From: a virus
Length of the DNA: 64,000 bases
Direction: 5' to 3' (one strand)
Virus record (IMG/VR): IMGVR_UViG_3300046096_000285
Span: 1-64,000 of that record
Part shown: one piece after another, positions 41,144 through 51,046 of the stretch
Position numbering within the stretch: position 1 is the first letter of the stretch
Layout: every line of letters starts with the position of its first letter
The notes under the pieces: model-generated
The model's input: the letters and a program-made list of their open reading frames with translations, nothing else
Told to the model about the DNA's origin: nothing
Databases searched by the model: none
Translations under genes and position numbers: made by a program

Positions 41144-41264
41144 CAACACCGTCCGTTGCTAATCGGGGAGTGTCAAAAAAGTTTTCGAATGGACTTGACA
41201 CTCCCCACCCACTTATGCTACTTTGTTGGTAGGACGAAACACCAACACGAATAAAGGACGAAAC

Positions 41265-43037
41265 ATGGCACACTTATCTAGACTCTCAACTCGCACGAGT
41301 TCAACTCCTGTCGAGTGGCTCAAGACCTGTTCACACATTGGCGAAGTTGCTAATGCTTGGGCTGGTCGTGGAGACCTTGCTGTCTACGCTGGCGAGGACG
41401 CTGGCATGGGCGAGGCACTTGCTTGCTTCATTATCGAGACAGCAGAAATCGAAATCAACCTACCAAAGGCTTTTGGCAAGGCGACCACTCCAGAAATGGT
41501 TGGCGACCTACGCTTGCGCGAAGTTCAGTATGACTGGGCAGAGCCAGTTGGCGTTATCTATCACGAGGCACTTCACGCTCGTTACACCACTTGGAACATG
41601 GAGGCACTCAAGGAGAGTCCAAAGGTCGAGATTGACGCTTTCATGTTGCTAGAGGAGTCACGCATTGAAGCACGAGGCGCACGACTAATCCCAAGTAACA
41701 AGTTGTTCTTGCGCTCGTCTGCCCTTGGTCTCTCGATTGGTGACATGGCAGAGGCTGTCAAGGACATGAGCGAGGTCTGGGCGACTGCCAACCTCGCAGG
41801 TCTGGCACTTGCTCGTGTAGACGCTGGCGTTCTCGAAGCGAGTGATGTCACGATTATCGAGGGCAAGGTTCTCGAGATTCTGGGCGAGGACTTGCTTGGC
41901 AAGTTGCGTTCAGTCTGGGTTCGCTTTCAGGCACTAGAGACTTCACAAATGGAACAGGGCAAGGCACTCGCTCAAGAGTGGGTCGAGTTGCTACGCGAGG
42001 CAGACCCAGAGGGCGAACCTCAAGAGGGTGGCGCAGGTGGCGCAATGTCACAGGCACTCCAAGACTTGATTGACGCGCTTGGCGAGGCTGCTGGCGATAC
42101 TGCTGTTCAGGTCTCGATTGACATGGGCGACCAGCAGGATTCAGAGGAACGCAAGGCAGAGGCAGAGGAACGCGCCAAGGAAAGCAAGCGACAGAACGAC
42201 AACAAGCAGGAGTCGCGCGAAGTGTTCACTCGCTCGAATGGCTCGACTGGTTCTGGGTCAGATTCACGACTCCAAGAACAGCGCAACCCAACTGGACACG
42301 AACGCGCCGCCGCTGTTCAGATTGCCAAGATGTTGGAAAAGGCAAAGTATCGTGAACGCTCGCTCACCGAAATCAAGAGCCACGCGCCACAGGGTCGCCT
42401 CAAGGCTCGCGTTGCTATTCAGAACGCCGCCGCGAAGTCGCGTGGAGTTCGTGAGACACAGCCAGCGTGGGTCGCCAAGAAGCGCAAGCACACAGACGAC
42501 CCGAACCTAAGCATTGGTGTCATGGTGGACATTAGCGGCTCAATGAGTTCGGCAATGGAGGCAATGGCAACTACGGCGTGGGTCATGGGAGAAGCAGGTC
42601 GCCGCGTTCAAGCCAAGACCGCAATGGTCTACTTCGGCTCGGGAGTGTTCTCGACTCTCAAGGTCGGTCAGAAGTTGGACAAGGTTTCGGTCTACTCCGC
42701 GCCAGACGGAACGGAGAAGTTTGACAAGGCGTTCAAGGCACTAGACGGCGAGTTGAACCTGACCTACGGCGAGGGTGTTCGTATGTTGGTCGTTGTATCA
42801 GACGGACAGTTCACCAGCGTAGAAATGGAAAAGGCTCAAGCCGCGGCTCGCCTTTGTGACCGCAACGGAGTCGCGCTTCTTTGGATTACGCCAGAGGCTT
42901 GCTGGAGTGGCAAGGGTCAAGCCTTGCTCAACGGCACGAGCGGCGTGGTTCTGGACAAGATGAAAACAGACGAGATTGCGCTCGCTATCGGTAAAGCCGC
43001 CGCCGAAGCACTCGGTAAGGTGGGTTCAAAGTTCTAG
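41265..43037 (+). CDS. VWA (CobT-like) partner protein with HExxH motif
   Basis: HEALH, LLEESRIE, DISGSM (MIDAS), VVSDG; start at ATG after AAGGACGAA. Confidence 0.85.
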   Translation: MAHLSRLSTRTSSTPVEWLKTCSHIGEVANAWAGRGDLAVYAGEDAGMGEALACFIIETAEIEINLPKAFGKATTPEMVGDLRLREVQYDWAEPVGVIYHEALHARYTTWNMEALKESPKVEIDAFMLLEESRIEARGARLIPSNKLFLRSSALGLSIGDMAEAVKDMSEVWATANLAGLALARVDAGVLEASDVTIIEGKVLEILGEDLLGKLRSVWVRFQALETSQMEQGKALAQEWVELLREADPEGEPQEGGAGGAMSQALQDLIDALGEAAGDTAVQVSIDMGDQQDSEERKAEAEERAKESKRQNDNKQESREVFTRSNGSTGSGSDSRLQEQRNPTGHERAAAVQIAKMLEKAKYRERSLTEIKSHAPQGRLKARVAIQNAAAKSRGVRETQPAWVAKKRKHTDDPNLSIGVMVDISGSMSSAMEAMATTAWVMGEAGRRVQAKTAMVYFGSGVFSTLKVGQKLDKVSVYSAPDGTEKFDKAFKALDGELNLTYGEGVRMLVVVSDGQFTSVEMEKAQAAARLCDRNGVALLWITPEACWSGKGQALLNGTSGVVLDKMKTDEIALAIGKAAAEALGKVGSKF

Positions 43038-43270
43038 GATTCCACTAGCGCAACGGTAGGCTTTCGGGTTCGTTCATGCCCGCCTCCTTTCCCTATCGGC
43101 TACTGGATAGAGACCCTCGACAGATTCGTCCCTGTCGGGGGTTTCGCACTTTCGGCGAGCGCAGGTCGTATTCATTTTTTCATTCTGTCTTTCGACTTCT
43201 GACGAAAGATGTTTGACACTCGTTTGAAGTATGCTAAGTTTGAACTATTCCTAGAAAGGGGAAAACAGAA

Positions 43271-44197
43271 ATGCCAAATCACGTTTGGAACAGCATTGGG
43301 GTTTCAGGGGCTATCGCTGACATTGAAGCGTTCGTTGCTAAGGCTGGCAAGCCACACATTACAGAGTTCAAGGGCAAGCGTTATCAGGACGAAACTGGCG
43401 CTTGGAAGTATGACCCAGAGATTATTGACACCCACGAGGACACAGACCCATTCTCATTCTGGAACTTCATAAAGCCAGACGACGAGATTCTTCCTGTCTA
43501 CTTTGGACACGAGAAGTCAGAGAAGCCAGAGGGCTACGAGGGCTGGGACTTCGCGGAGAAGATGGCGCACGACCTCAAGTTCACAGGCAACAACGCATAC
43601 GACTGGAACGTTCGCAACTGGGGAACCAAGTGGGACGCATACGACCAGACCTTCGACGGCGTGACAACTGACGAAGCGATTGGAAAGGCGAGTGCGACTT
43701 ACAGTTTCAATACGGCGTGGAGTATCCCAGTTCCAGTATTTGAAGCACTCTGCGAACAGCACCCAGAGTTGAGTTTCTCGTTTGAGTCGGAGGAGGAACA
43801 GGGCTGGGGCGCGACTTACGAGTCAAGCGCGGTAGACGACCCAGAGGACGGCGAGCCTACATCCGCACTACTTCTCATCAGCGAGTGGGACATCCCTGAG
43901 AGCCACGCAGAGTTGGTAGCCCGAGGGCGAGAATGCCACTGCGAGTATGACGACGACGAGGACTCGTGGTATGACGACTGCCCTCGTGAAGAACGAGTGT
44001 TCACCGTTGTCGTTGAGCAGACTTTCGTGGTCAAGGCGACGGACGCAGAGAAGGCTTGGGAACTTGCCGAGGAACACCTCAACAAGCCGATTGAGAACTT
44101 GCCAGAGGGAGTCGAGCAGTCGGATGAGTATTCGCTGTTCGTCAAGAACCCAGAGACTGGCGAGCGTTTGTATCCGACACTCGGAGGGGGTGAGTAG
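43271..44197 (+). CDS. DUF1281/YubB-like acidic protein
   Basis: MPNHVWN...YDWNVRNWGTKWD...FNTAWS.P. Confidence 0.75.
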   Translation: MPNHVWNSIGVSGAIADIEAFVAKAGKPHITEFKGKRYQDETGAWKYDPEIIDTHEDTDPFSFWNFIKPDDEILPVYFGHEKSEKPEGYEGWDFAEKMAHDLKFTGNNAYDWNVRNWGTKWDAYDQTFDGVTTDEAIGKASATYSFNTAWSIPVPVFEALCEQHPELSFSFESEEEQGWGATYESSAVDDPEDGEPTSALLLISEWDIPESHAELVARGRECHCEYDDDEDSWYDDCPREERVFTVVVEQTFVVKATDAEKAWELAEEHLNKPIENLPEGVEQSDEYSLFVKNPETGERLYPTLGGGE

Positions 44198-44443
44198 CGT
44201 GGCAACACCAAAGACACCGAAGCCGAAGATGGGCAACGGCGCAACGACTCGTCTGACAGACGGACGACGCAAGTAGCAGAGGGAGAGGGCGAAAGCCCTC
44301 TCTTTTCTTTTGCCCCTCGTATTCATTTTTTCGTCATTGCCACGCCGATACACGCCGCGATTTGACACGAGTTTGGAATAGGGTATAGACTACGAGAGTA
44401 GTCAACGAGGAAATGCCTCGACTACACAAAGGAGGGGATTGAA

Positions 44444-44836
44444 ATGGCAACTGCCGAACTTCAATCAGCACAGGTTGCTAAGGCGACCACCAGCATTACC
44501 AGCACCACAGAGGACAACCTAGTTGTTCTAACCCCTGCGATTCAGAAGCAGGTCAAGGCACTACGCGAGGCTCGCAATGTAGCGAAGCAGGCAAAGGCTC
44601 TAGGGGATACAGCACGAGACGTTATCTTGGAGTTCGTGGGGGAGACCACCACCAACCTCGTGGGCGTGGACGCAAAGGGCAAGCGTTTGATTAGCCTCAA
44701 GTTGATTCCAAGTTCAGAGAGTTTCGACTGGGCACGACTTCAACTTCAGCAGCCTGAGTTGTTCGAGATGCTCAAAAAGGAATACACCATTCCTCGTGGG
44801 GCAGGCGCACCAACTCCACGAGTGGACACGATTTAG
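44444..44836 (+). CDS. cassette gene, paralog of 48451-48777
   Basis: coiled coil then FDWARLQLQQPELFE. Confidence 0.75.
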   Translation: MATAELQSAQVAKATTSITSTTEDNLVVLTPAIQKQVKALREARNVAKQAKALGDTARDVILEFVGETTTNLVGVDAKGKRLISLKLIPSSESFDWARLQLQQPELFEMLKKEYTIPRGAGAPTPRVDTI

Positions 44837-44999
44837 TCCACTCACGAAAGTCGCTGGCGAGAGTTCCCCTCTCTCGCTGGCGATTTTTTGTATGGAGGCT
44901 GTATTCATTTTTTCATTAGATCCATAACTTCCAACGAATGGTTTGACTTGGAGATAACAAACTGGTAAAGTGGAAGTAACTCAACCAAAGGGGATTCAA

Positions 45000-45452
45000 A
45001 TGAGAACCAGAGAATACGACCTCAACGTTTACGTCACAGATGGCGTGGCACGTTTGTCAGCATACGAATACACATATAGCGACAGCGACGACCCTCAGCC
45101 AAATGGCACAGAGATGAGCAAGTTCGTCACGTTGGAAGTTCCAATGGACAAAGCACACCACGACGAAGTGGCGTTTCTACTGAGCGACGAGGACTGGCAA
45201 GACTCACCAGTGGCAGACTGGCAGGACTACGACAGCCCATGGGAAAACTTGGCGTGGCTAGAGACAGCACCGGCAAGCATAAGAGCGTGGGGAGACGCGC
45301 TCGCGGAATACGAGCCGACCACTCAACACGAGTGGGAACTCTACACAATGGACTTGAAATACGGCGAACGGCGAGACGTGAAGTGCCTCAACTGCGACGC
45401 GACATACCCTATCTACCGTTTGACATGGGAACAGATGACGGCTAAGGTGTAG
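45000..45452 (+). CDS. cassette gene, acidic hypothetical
   Basis: AAAGGGGATTCAA-ATG. Confidence 0.75.
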   Translation: MRTREYDLNVYVTDGVARLSAYEYTYSDSDDPQPNGTEMSKFVTLEVPMDKAHHDEVAFLLSDEDWQDSPVADWQDYDSPWENLAWLETAPASIRAWGDALAEYEPTTQHEWELYTMDLKYGERRDVKCLNCDATYPIYRLTWEQMTAKV

Positions 45453-45454
45453 GT

Positions 45455-45679
45455 ATGAGAAAAGACATCAAGCAACTACGGATACTCGCAGAGCAACAAG
45501 GCTGGAGAGTAGAGCGCACTAACGGCGACCACTTACGGTGGCTCGCGCCAGAGGGTGGCATGGCTATCTACTCGGCAAGCACACCGTCTAATGCTCGCGG
45601 AATACTCAACCTCAGAGCGCAACTGCGTAAAGCGGGTCTACATTTAGAGAAGCACGGCAAGCAAAAGGTGAACGCATGA
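45455..45679 (+). CDS. HicA-like small protein
   Basis: AEQQGWRVERT.GDHLRW...STPS...NLRAQLRKAG. Confidence 0.6.
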   Translation: MRKDIKQLRILAEQQGWRVERTNGDHLRWLAPEGGMAIYSASTPSNARGILNLRAQLRKAGLHLEKHGKQKVNA

Positions 45680-45972
45680 AACTGTATCGGCAAGCACTAG
45701 GCGAGGTTCTGCGCGAAGCAAGAACGGTGAGGGGTCAGACCCTGCGACAAGTCTCAACGGCTGCCTCGTGCGCCCTCGGATACCTGTCGGAGTTGGAGAA
45801 CGGACACAAGGAAGCGTCCTCGGAGATTTTGGAGGGGCTTGCCCGTGCGCTCAAGGTGACGGTGAGTGAACTCGCTATCCGTGCTGGCTTGCGTATAGCG
45901 GAGGAGAGTATCCCTGATACCCCTGCCGAACTCTACGAGGAAGCACCGGCCCTCATTCCTCACCGAGGATAG
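45676..45972 (+). CDS. XRE HTH regulator, ClgR-like
   Basis: LGEVLREAR..GQTLRQVS...LGYLSELENGHKEASSEIL. Confidence 0.8.
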   Translation: MKLYRQALGEVLREARTVRGQTLRQVSTAASCALGYLSELENGHKEASSEILEGLARALKVTVSELAIRAGLRIAEESIPDTPAELYEEAPALIPHRG

Positions 45973-46086
45973 CCTCGGGTGGTAACCCCGTATTCATTTT
46001 TTCAACAACCGACACGGCGAGCGCAATACTTGCTTGACGGCTTGCCGTAGGGTATAGTTGGACTATCCAATGAAAGGGGTTGCCAA

Positions 46087-46482
46087 ATGGCAGAGAACAT
46101 CACAACGGCGGGGCTAGTAGCCACCACACCAAGATACCTAGTCACGGCAGACGGCTTGCCGATTACTTCATTCCGGCTTGCCACAACTTCAAGAAAGTTT
46201 GACGCGCGAACTGGCGAGTGGGTTGACGGCGAGGCTAACTGGTATACCGTTACCGCCTTCCACGACTTGGCTATCAATGCGGCAAGCAGTATCGAGAAGG
46301 GTCACCGTATTGTCGTTCAAGGCGCGGTTAGAGTGCGCGACTGGGATAACGGCGAGCGAAGCGGAACATCCGTAGAGATTGAAGCCGAGGTCATAGGTCA
46401 CGACTTGAGTTGGGGAACCGCTGTGTTCACCCGAACCGTCTTGACTCGTAGGGTAGAGAAGCCAGAGACCGTGGGGGTATAG
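46087..46482 (+). CDS. ssb: single-stranded DNA-binding protein (no acidic tail)
   Basis: ITSFRLA...WVDGEANWYTV.AF..LA.N...KGHRIVVQG...IGHDL. Confidence 0.9.
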   Translation: MAENITTAGLVATTPRYLVTADGLPITSFRLATTSRKFDARTGEWVDGEANWYTVTAFHDLAINAASSIEKGHRIVVQGAVRVRDWDNGERSGTSVEIEAEVIGHDLSWGTAVFTRTVLTRRVEKPETVGV

Positions 46483-46658
46483 AGACCTTACCGAACAGAT
46501 AGAGAAAACGCGGGAACTTGCTATCCCGCGTTTTTTCATAGTCGGGGTCGTATTCATTTTTTCAACCGGCACGACACTTCACACTAAGATTTGGAAGTTG
46601 GCACGGAAAGTGGTAAGGTTGAACTATCACCGAAGACAAGGGTGAGAAAAGGGAAGAG

Positions 46659-46959
46659 ATGAACGAGATAAAGATTTGCCCAAAGTGTCAGGGCTACATC
46701 CCAAACAACAAGACACCGGGGGCATACTCAGGCGCGATTTCACGCCGAGACAACAAGACAGAGATTTGTTCGGCTTGCGGAACTCATGAAGCGTTCGAGG
46801 ACCTTTTCGCGAAAGAGCGAGTCAATGGCTAAGGCAGAGTGTTACGACTGTGACGCGGAAATTGAAGTCGAAGACTCAACCTATGTCCACCCCTTGTGCG
46901 CTGAGTGTCAGAACGAAGCAGACGACTGGCTACAAACACAGATGTTGCTAATGAACTAA
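46659..46959 (+). CDS. two overlapping small zinc-finger ORFs (46659-46832, 46825-46959)
   Basis: CPKC...GAISRRDNKTEICSACG; CYDC...CAEC; below track cut-off. Confidence 0.65.
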
Positions 46960-47133
46960 AAGTCACGCTCACCGAAAGGTGGGCGTTTCTTTTACGCCGC
47001 ATCGCGTATTCATTTTTTCACCAACACAGTGGCGATTACTCACAACAACTCACGAATGATTTGATTTTGTCCTAGCAGGGTGATAAGTTTGATTTGTTGC
47101 CGAAGTTCAGTAAGCAACGAAAGGGGCAACAAA

Positions 47134-47463
47134 ATGGGTAACAGGGCTTGGATTCAGATTTCAGCAGAGCAGTTTGAAACACCTATCAGCCTTTATGGTC
47201 ACTGGTCGGGCGAGGACAACCTCACCGCCGTAGTCAAGACCCTAGAGAGTTCAACACGCATTGGGGATGTGTCATACCTCACAGCACAGATTTTCTTCCA
47301 CTTCACGCAACTAGGTGGCTACACAGGCGACACAGGGTTTGGCATTTCGACAGGCGAAGCCCCTAGCGTAGACGATGTGGACACCGTTTATGTGAACGCT
47401 GATAATGGTGAGTATACTTATCAGGGCGTAACTCACCACGAGTTTGCGCTAATGAAGGCTTGA
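47134..47463 (+). CDS. cassette gene, hypothetical
   Basis: GAAAGGGG RBS; MGNRAWI...LYGHWSG. Confidence 0.8.
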   Translation: MGNRAWIQISAEQFETPISLYGHWSGEDNLTAVVKTLESSTRIGDVSYLTAQIFFHFTQLGGYTGDTGFGISTGEAPSVDDVDTVYVNADNGEYTYQGVTHHEFALMKA

Positions 47464-47706
47464 GTCGAGGTCGAGTCCACCACTCCCTTGATTCATTGGG
47501 TTAGGGTTAGCCCCCTTTCCCTAACCCCGAACGCCAGTAGATAATCCCCTTATCTACTGGCGTTCACCATTTCTCAGGGATACGAGGCGTATTCATTTTT
47601 TCCTCGAGCTCAGACACGACGCAACAACTCACGAATGATTTGACTTGATACGAGTTATGTGTTACTTTTGTATTGCCTTTGAAAAGGCAGAAAGATAAGG
47701 GGCAAC

Positions 47707-48114
47707 ATGGAAAAGGTATTAGAGATTCGCAAGTTTGAGATTAGCTCAGACTGTTCATGCGAGGTATACGACGAGGACACAGACACGTCTTCACCAAGCG
47801 ACGAGTGTTTCAACTGTTTCGCCGACGACAAGGATAATTTCAAATACGTGATTCTTCAGCCATGGCTTGAGGCTAATGGTTGGGATGAGGACACAGTTGT
47901 TTATGTGTTCAGCGCGAACATGAACTGGAATCACGTCGCGGGATGGACAAACGTCTACGCGAGAGAGGCTATCGACTGCCTAACTTTGAATGGCGAGTTT
48001 ACCCTTAGTTACAAGTTGGATGGCAAGAACTTGACTTGCGTTCGTTCAAGCCACGACGAACATGGCGCGTTGTTCACGTTCAGTGAGGCACAGAAGGATT
48101 ATCGCGATGAGTAA
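47707..48114 (+). CDS. cassette gene, acidic hypothetical
   Basis: GATAAGGGG RBS. Confidence 0.8.
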   Translation: MEKVLEIRKFEISSDCSCEVYDEDTDTSSPSDECFNCFADDKDNFKYVILQPWLEANGWDEDTVVYVFSANMNWNHVAGWTNVYAREAIDCLTLNGEFTLSYKLDGKNLTCVRSSHDEHGALFTFSEAQKDYRDE

Positions 48115-48271
48115 CCTAGTGTTCACCGGCCCTCGCGCCGTTCTCTCTCAGTTGTCTGCCGATTCGACAGTCATGTTCTCTCAGTTGATAGAGGATGACG
48201 AGTTGGTCGCGATGGTGTTAGCCAAGAAGCCATACGACACGTTGCTTGAATACGTGAACGAAAACTACTGA
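48107..48271 (+). CDS. cassette gene, small hypothetical
   Basis: overlapping start MSNLVFT. Confidence 0.6.
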   Translation: MSNLVFTGPRAVLSQLSADSTVMFSQLIEDDELVAMVLAKKPYDTLLEYVNENY

Positions 48272-48450
48272 GTCACGACAGGGAAGCCCCGCGGAAACGC
48301 GGGGTTTCTTTTTGCCCGCGGGAAGTCGCCGTATTCATTTTTTCAGCGAGCCTAGAGCCGACACGCTTAGGATTTGGTGTTTTTTGAAATAGGGGGTATC
48401 ATTGACTTATGAAGTCAATAAGGCTTCACTAAATAGAAGGGGGTCGCCAA

Positions 48451-48777
48451 ATGGCTACCAAGATTCAGAAGGCAACCGCGGTTGTCACCGAGGCTCGCAA
48501 GGTCTCAAAGGTTGTTGTTGCTAACGCCGAGCGTCTAGCGTTCGTTCGTGCCGAGGTTATTCGTCTAGAGGCAGAAGCCAAGCTCTTGCGCGATGGGCTT
48601 ATCGCGGTTGCCGATGGCGCAACTACTCTTGTCCACAACAACATCGCCATCGTTGAGATTTCACCACGCTCAACCTCACGCGTAGACTCGAAGGCGTTGA
48701 AGGTTATGTTTCCTGAAGCATACGAGGCAACACTCAAAGTCACCGTATCACCTGTCGTGGATGTTCTGAAGCGATAA
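48451..48777 (+). CDS. cassette gene, paralog of 44444-44836
   Basis: coiled coil then RVDSKALKVMFPEAYE. Confidence 0.8.
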   Translation: MATKIQKATAVVTEARKVSKVVVANAERLAFVRAEVIRLEAEAKLLRDGLIAVADGATTLVHNNIAIVEISPRSTSRVDSKALKVMFPEAYEATLKVTVSPVVDVLKR

Positions 48778-49001
48778 ACGCCACGAGGAAGCCCCCTAGG
48801 ATTCTCTAGGGGGTTTTTCCTTACCCTAAACACGCCAAGCCCGCCACGAGGCACACAGCCCCGCCACGAGGGCGTATTCATTTTTTCGTCAAAACACGCC
48901 AGCTGAGGATTTGATTTGACAAGTGTCCGGCTTATGGATAAGATTTAGTTATAACTAAATAGATGCACCACTCAATGCACCACCAACCTAAGGGGATTCA
49001 A

Positions 49002-49331
49002 ATGGCAACTATGGCACCTGCTACCAACACCACTACCAAGTTCGACCTAGGCGCGACTCTAGACGAGCCGACCACCGCATCAGTCGTCACCGAGGTCGAG
49101 AAGTTCGACAACACTATGGTCTATGCCAAGACTTCACTAGAGATGTTCGTTAGCGCGGATAACGTGGATGACACAGTCTACCTTGACCTTCGCCAACTCA
49201 ACTTTGTACGACTGGGCCCAACCGACGAAGAACAGATGCACGTATTCACCACCTTGCTCAACCACCGCTTCACTCGCGAGCAGGCCGAGGCACTGGTCGC
49301 CACGTTCACTCACGAACTCGCGAAACTCTAG
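49002..49331 (+). CDS. cassette gene, hypothetical
   Basis: AAGGGGATTCAA-ATG. Confidence 0.75.
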   Translation: MATMAPATNTTTKFDLGATLDEPTTASVVTEVEKFDNTMVYAKTSLEMFVSADNVDDTVYLDLRQLNFVRLGPTDEEQMHVFTTLLNHRFTREQAEALVATFTHELAKL

Positions 49332-49484
49332 CGAGCGCGACAAGCCCCTGTCGAAAGGCAGGGGTTTTGTCATTCCCCGGCTGTATTCATTTTTTCACAA
49401 GAAGACACAGGAGTGGGCTGAGATACTATGTTTTGTCCGAGGGGTTTGATAAAATGGGAGTATCCAAATGAAAGGGGATAAAGA

Positions 49485-49841
49485 ATGACAAACTACAGCG
49501 ACGTGGAAGTTGCTCTTGAGAACGCTAAGGCGATTGCTTGGGACACCTGCCACAAGATTTACGTTCTAATGGATGACGAGCAAGTTGAGAAGATGCGCGA
49601 GTACGAGTACGACCCTCTAATCACGAGCGACGAGATGGACCCTAGCGAAATGCTGTCCACGATTCAAACTTGGTATGAGGACTCTTGCGGATTGCGTTTC
49701 GTAGAAAGCGTCACCACAAATCACGAAGACCCTAACCTTGGGTTTGAAAGTCTGATTCCACAGGGCGCGGATGACGAAGATGACGACACCGACGAATCTG
49801 AAGACGACTACTTCGATGACGAGGATGACGAAGATGAGTAA
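49485..49841 (+). CDS. cassette gene, very acidic protein
   Basis: AWDTCHKIY...SCGLRF; D/E tail. Confidence 0.8.
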   Translation: MTNYSDVEVALENAKAIAWDTCHKIYVLMDDEQVEKMREYEYDPLITSDEMDPSEMLSTIQTWYEDSCGLRFVESVTTNHEDPNLGFESLIPQGADDEDDDTDESEDDYFDDEDDEDE

Positions 49842-50034
49842 GTTCGCGTTCAACCTAGTTCTCAAGACTGATTACATCGAAGCAGAGAACATCGAAGAAG
49901 CAGAGAAGTTGCTGAACAAGTACATCGATGGGCTGGCTATGGTTGGTGAGCCTGAGATTACTTGGGACGAAGTTGACTGGCAGACCTTTGAAGGCGACCT
50001 AGTAATCAAAGACTTTAGTTCGCCCCTCAACTGA
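49834..50034 (+). CDS. cassette gene, small acidic protein
   Basis: overlapping start MSKFAF. Confidence 0.65.
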   Translation: MSKFAFNLVLKTDYIEAENIEEAEKLLNKYIDGLAMVGEPEITWDEVDWQTFEGDLVIKDFSSPLN

Positions 50035-50199
50035 GCACGAAGAAGAACGCTCTCGAAAGAGGGCGTTTTTTCTCAGGCCCGTTGTATTCATTTTTTCAAC
50101 TGGCGACACGGGGGGTTGGTCGAAAGTTGCGAAGGTTTGTCGAAAGTAGTAAAGTAGTTCTGTTGGCAAAAGCCAGCGTAAAGGGATAAGGGGTTTGAA

Positions 50200-50424
50200 A
50201 TGAAGTTTGTAGTTCGTAGAGCAGTCATTGGAGTTCTAGCAGTTCCAGCAGTAGCCGGTGCGTATGTGTTTGGGTATCTAGGTCTGTTGCTTCTAGGCGC
50301 GGAGGGTGCGCTCAAGATTGAAGAAATCTGGAACAATGGAATGTTGATTGGTGGCGTGTGTGCCGTAATGCTCGTGTTCGCGCCACAGGTAAACAAGTTC
50401 CTCGACAGGGTTACTGGAGAGTAA
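50200..50424 (+). CDS. cassette gene, two-TM membrane protein
   Basis: two hydrophobic helices; GATAAGGGG RBS. Confidence 0.75.
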   Translation: MKFVVRRAVIGVLAVPAVAGAYVFGYLGLLLLGAEGALKIEEIWNNGMLIGGVCAVMLVFAPQVNKFLDRVTGE

Positions 50425-50650
50425 AAGACTTGGCAGGGTTTATCCCCCTATCCCCTGCCCAAGAAAAGAGCGTGACCATTCCGCTCACGGCTAGGCACTT
50501 CCCCCAAGTGTCTAGCCTTTTTCTTTGCTCGGAAGTGTATTCATTTTTTCACCCTGCGACACGCGGATACAGATTGGATTTGCGCTCGCCGAGGATTTCC
50601 TGTAATGTAGTTCTTGTAGCCAGCAAGGGGTTGGCAGACAAGGGGTTCAA

Positions 50651-50808
50651 ATGCTAAAGACTTCAACAGCCGAGTGCGTAGATTGCGCGGTTGCTATCAC
50701 CAGCGACAACACGCAAGACGAGGGTGGAAAGTTTGCTTCACCACAGGGGGAATACGCTATCTGCGACAACTGCGCCAATGCTCGCATTGACGCTTACCTA
50801 GAGAACTA
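50651..50808 (+). CDS. cassette gene, small zinc finger
   Basis: CVDC...CDNC; AAGGGG RBS. Confidence 0.6.
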
Positions 50809-50821
50809 AGGGGCAGGGAAA

Positions 50822-51046
50822 ATGGCCGACTCAATGAAAGGTTCTGGGATTGACTCCGAGGACTACACCGCTTGGTTCTTTTGCTCACATTGTGACGAGG
50901 AACTGGAACTTGATGGAAAGTCAGACGACTATGGGATTATTGCGACAGCCGAGTGTCCTAAGTGCCGTTCAACCCTAGAGGTTGAAATGCCTAGCAAGGA
51001 ACAGTTGCGCGAGGACTACCTAGCCGACTACGACCCAAACAACTAA
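50822..51046 (+). CDS. cassette gene, acidic zinc ribbon
   Basis: CSHC...CPKC. Confidence 0.7.
   Translation: MADSMKGSGIDSEDYTAWFFCSHCDEELELDGKSDDYGIIATAECPKCRSTLEVEMPSKEQLREDYLADYDPNN

Noticed and set aside
45455-45972. Complete HicAB toxin-antitoxin pair
   Set aside because: The downstream gene is ClgR-like XRE without a HicB domain; pairing is unsupported.
48779-48871. Three copies of CGCCACGAGG
   Set aside because: Local short duplication in one junction; not seen at other cassettes.
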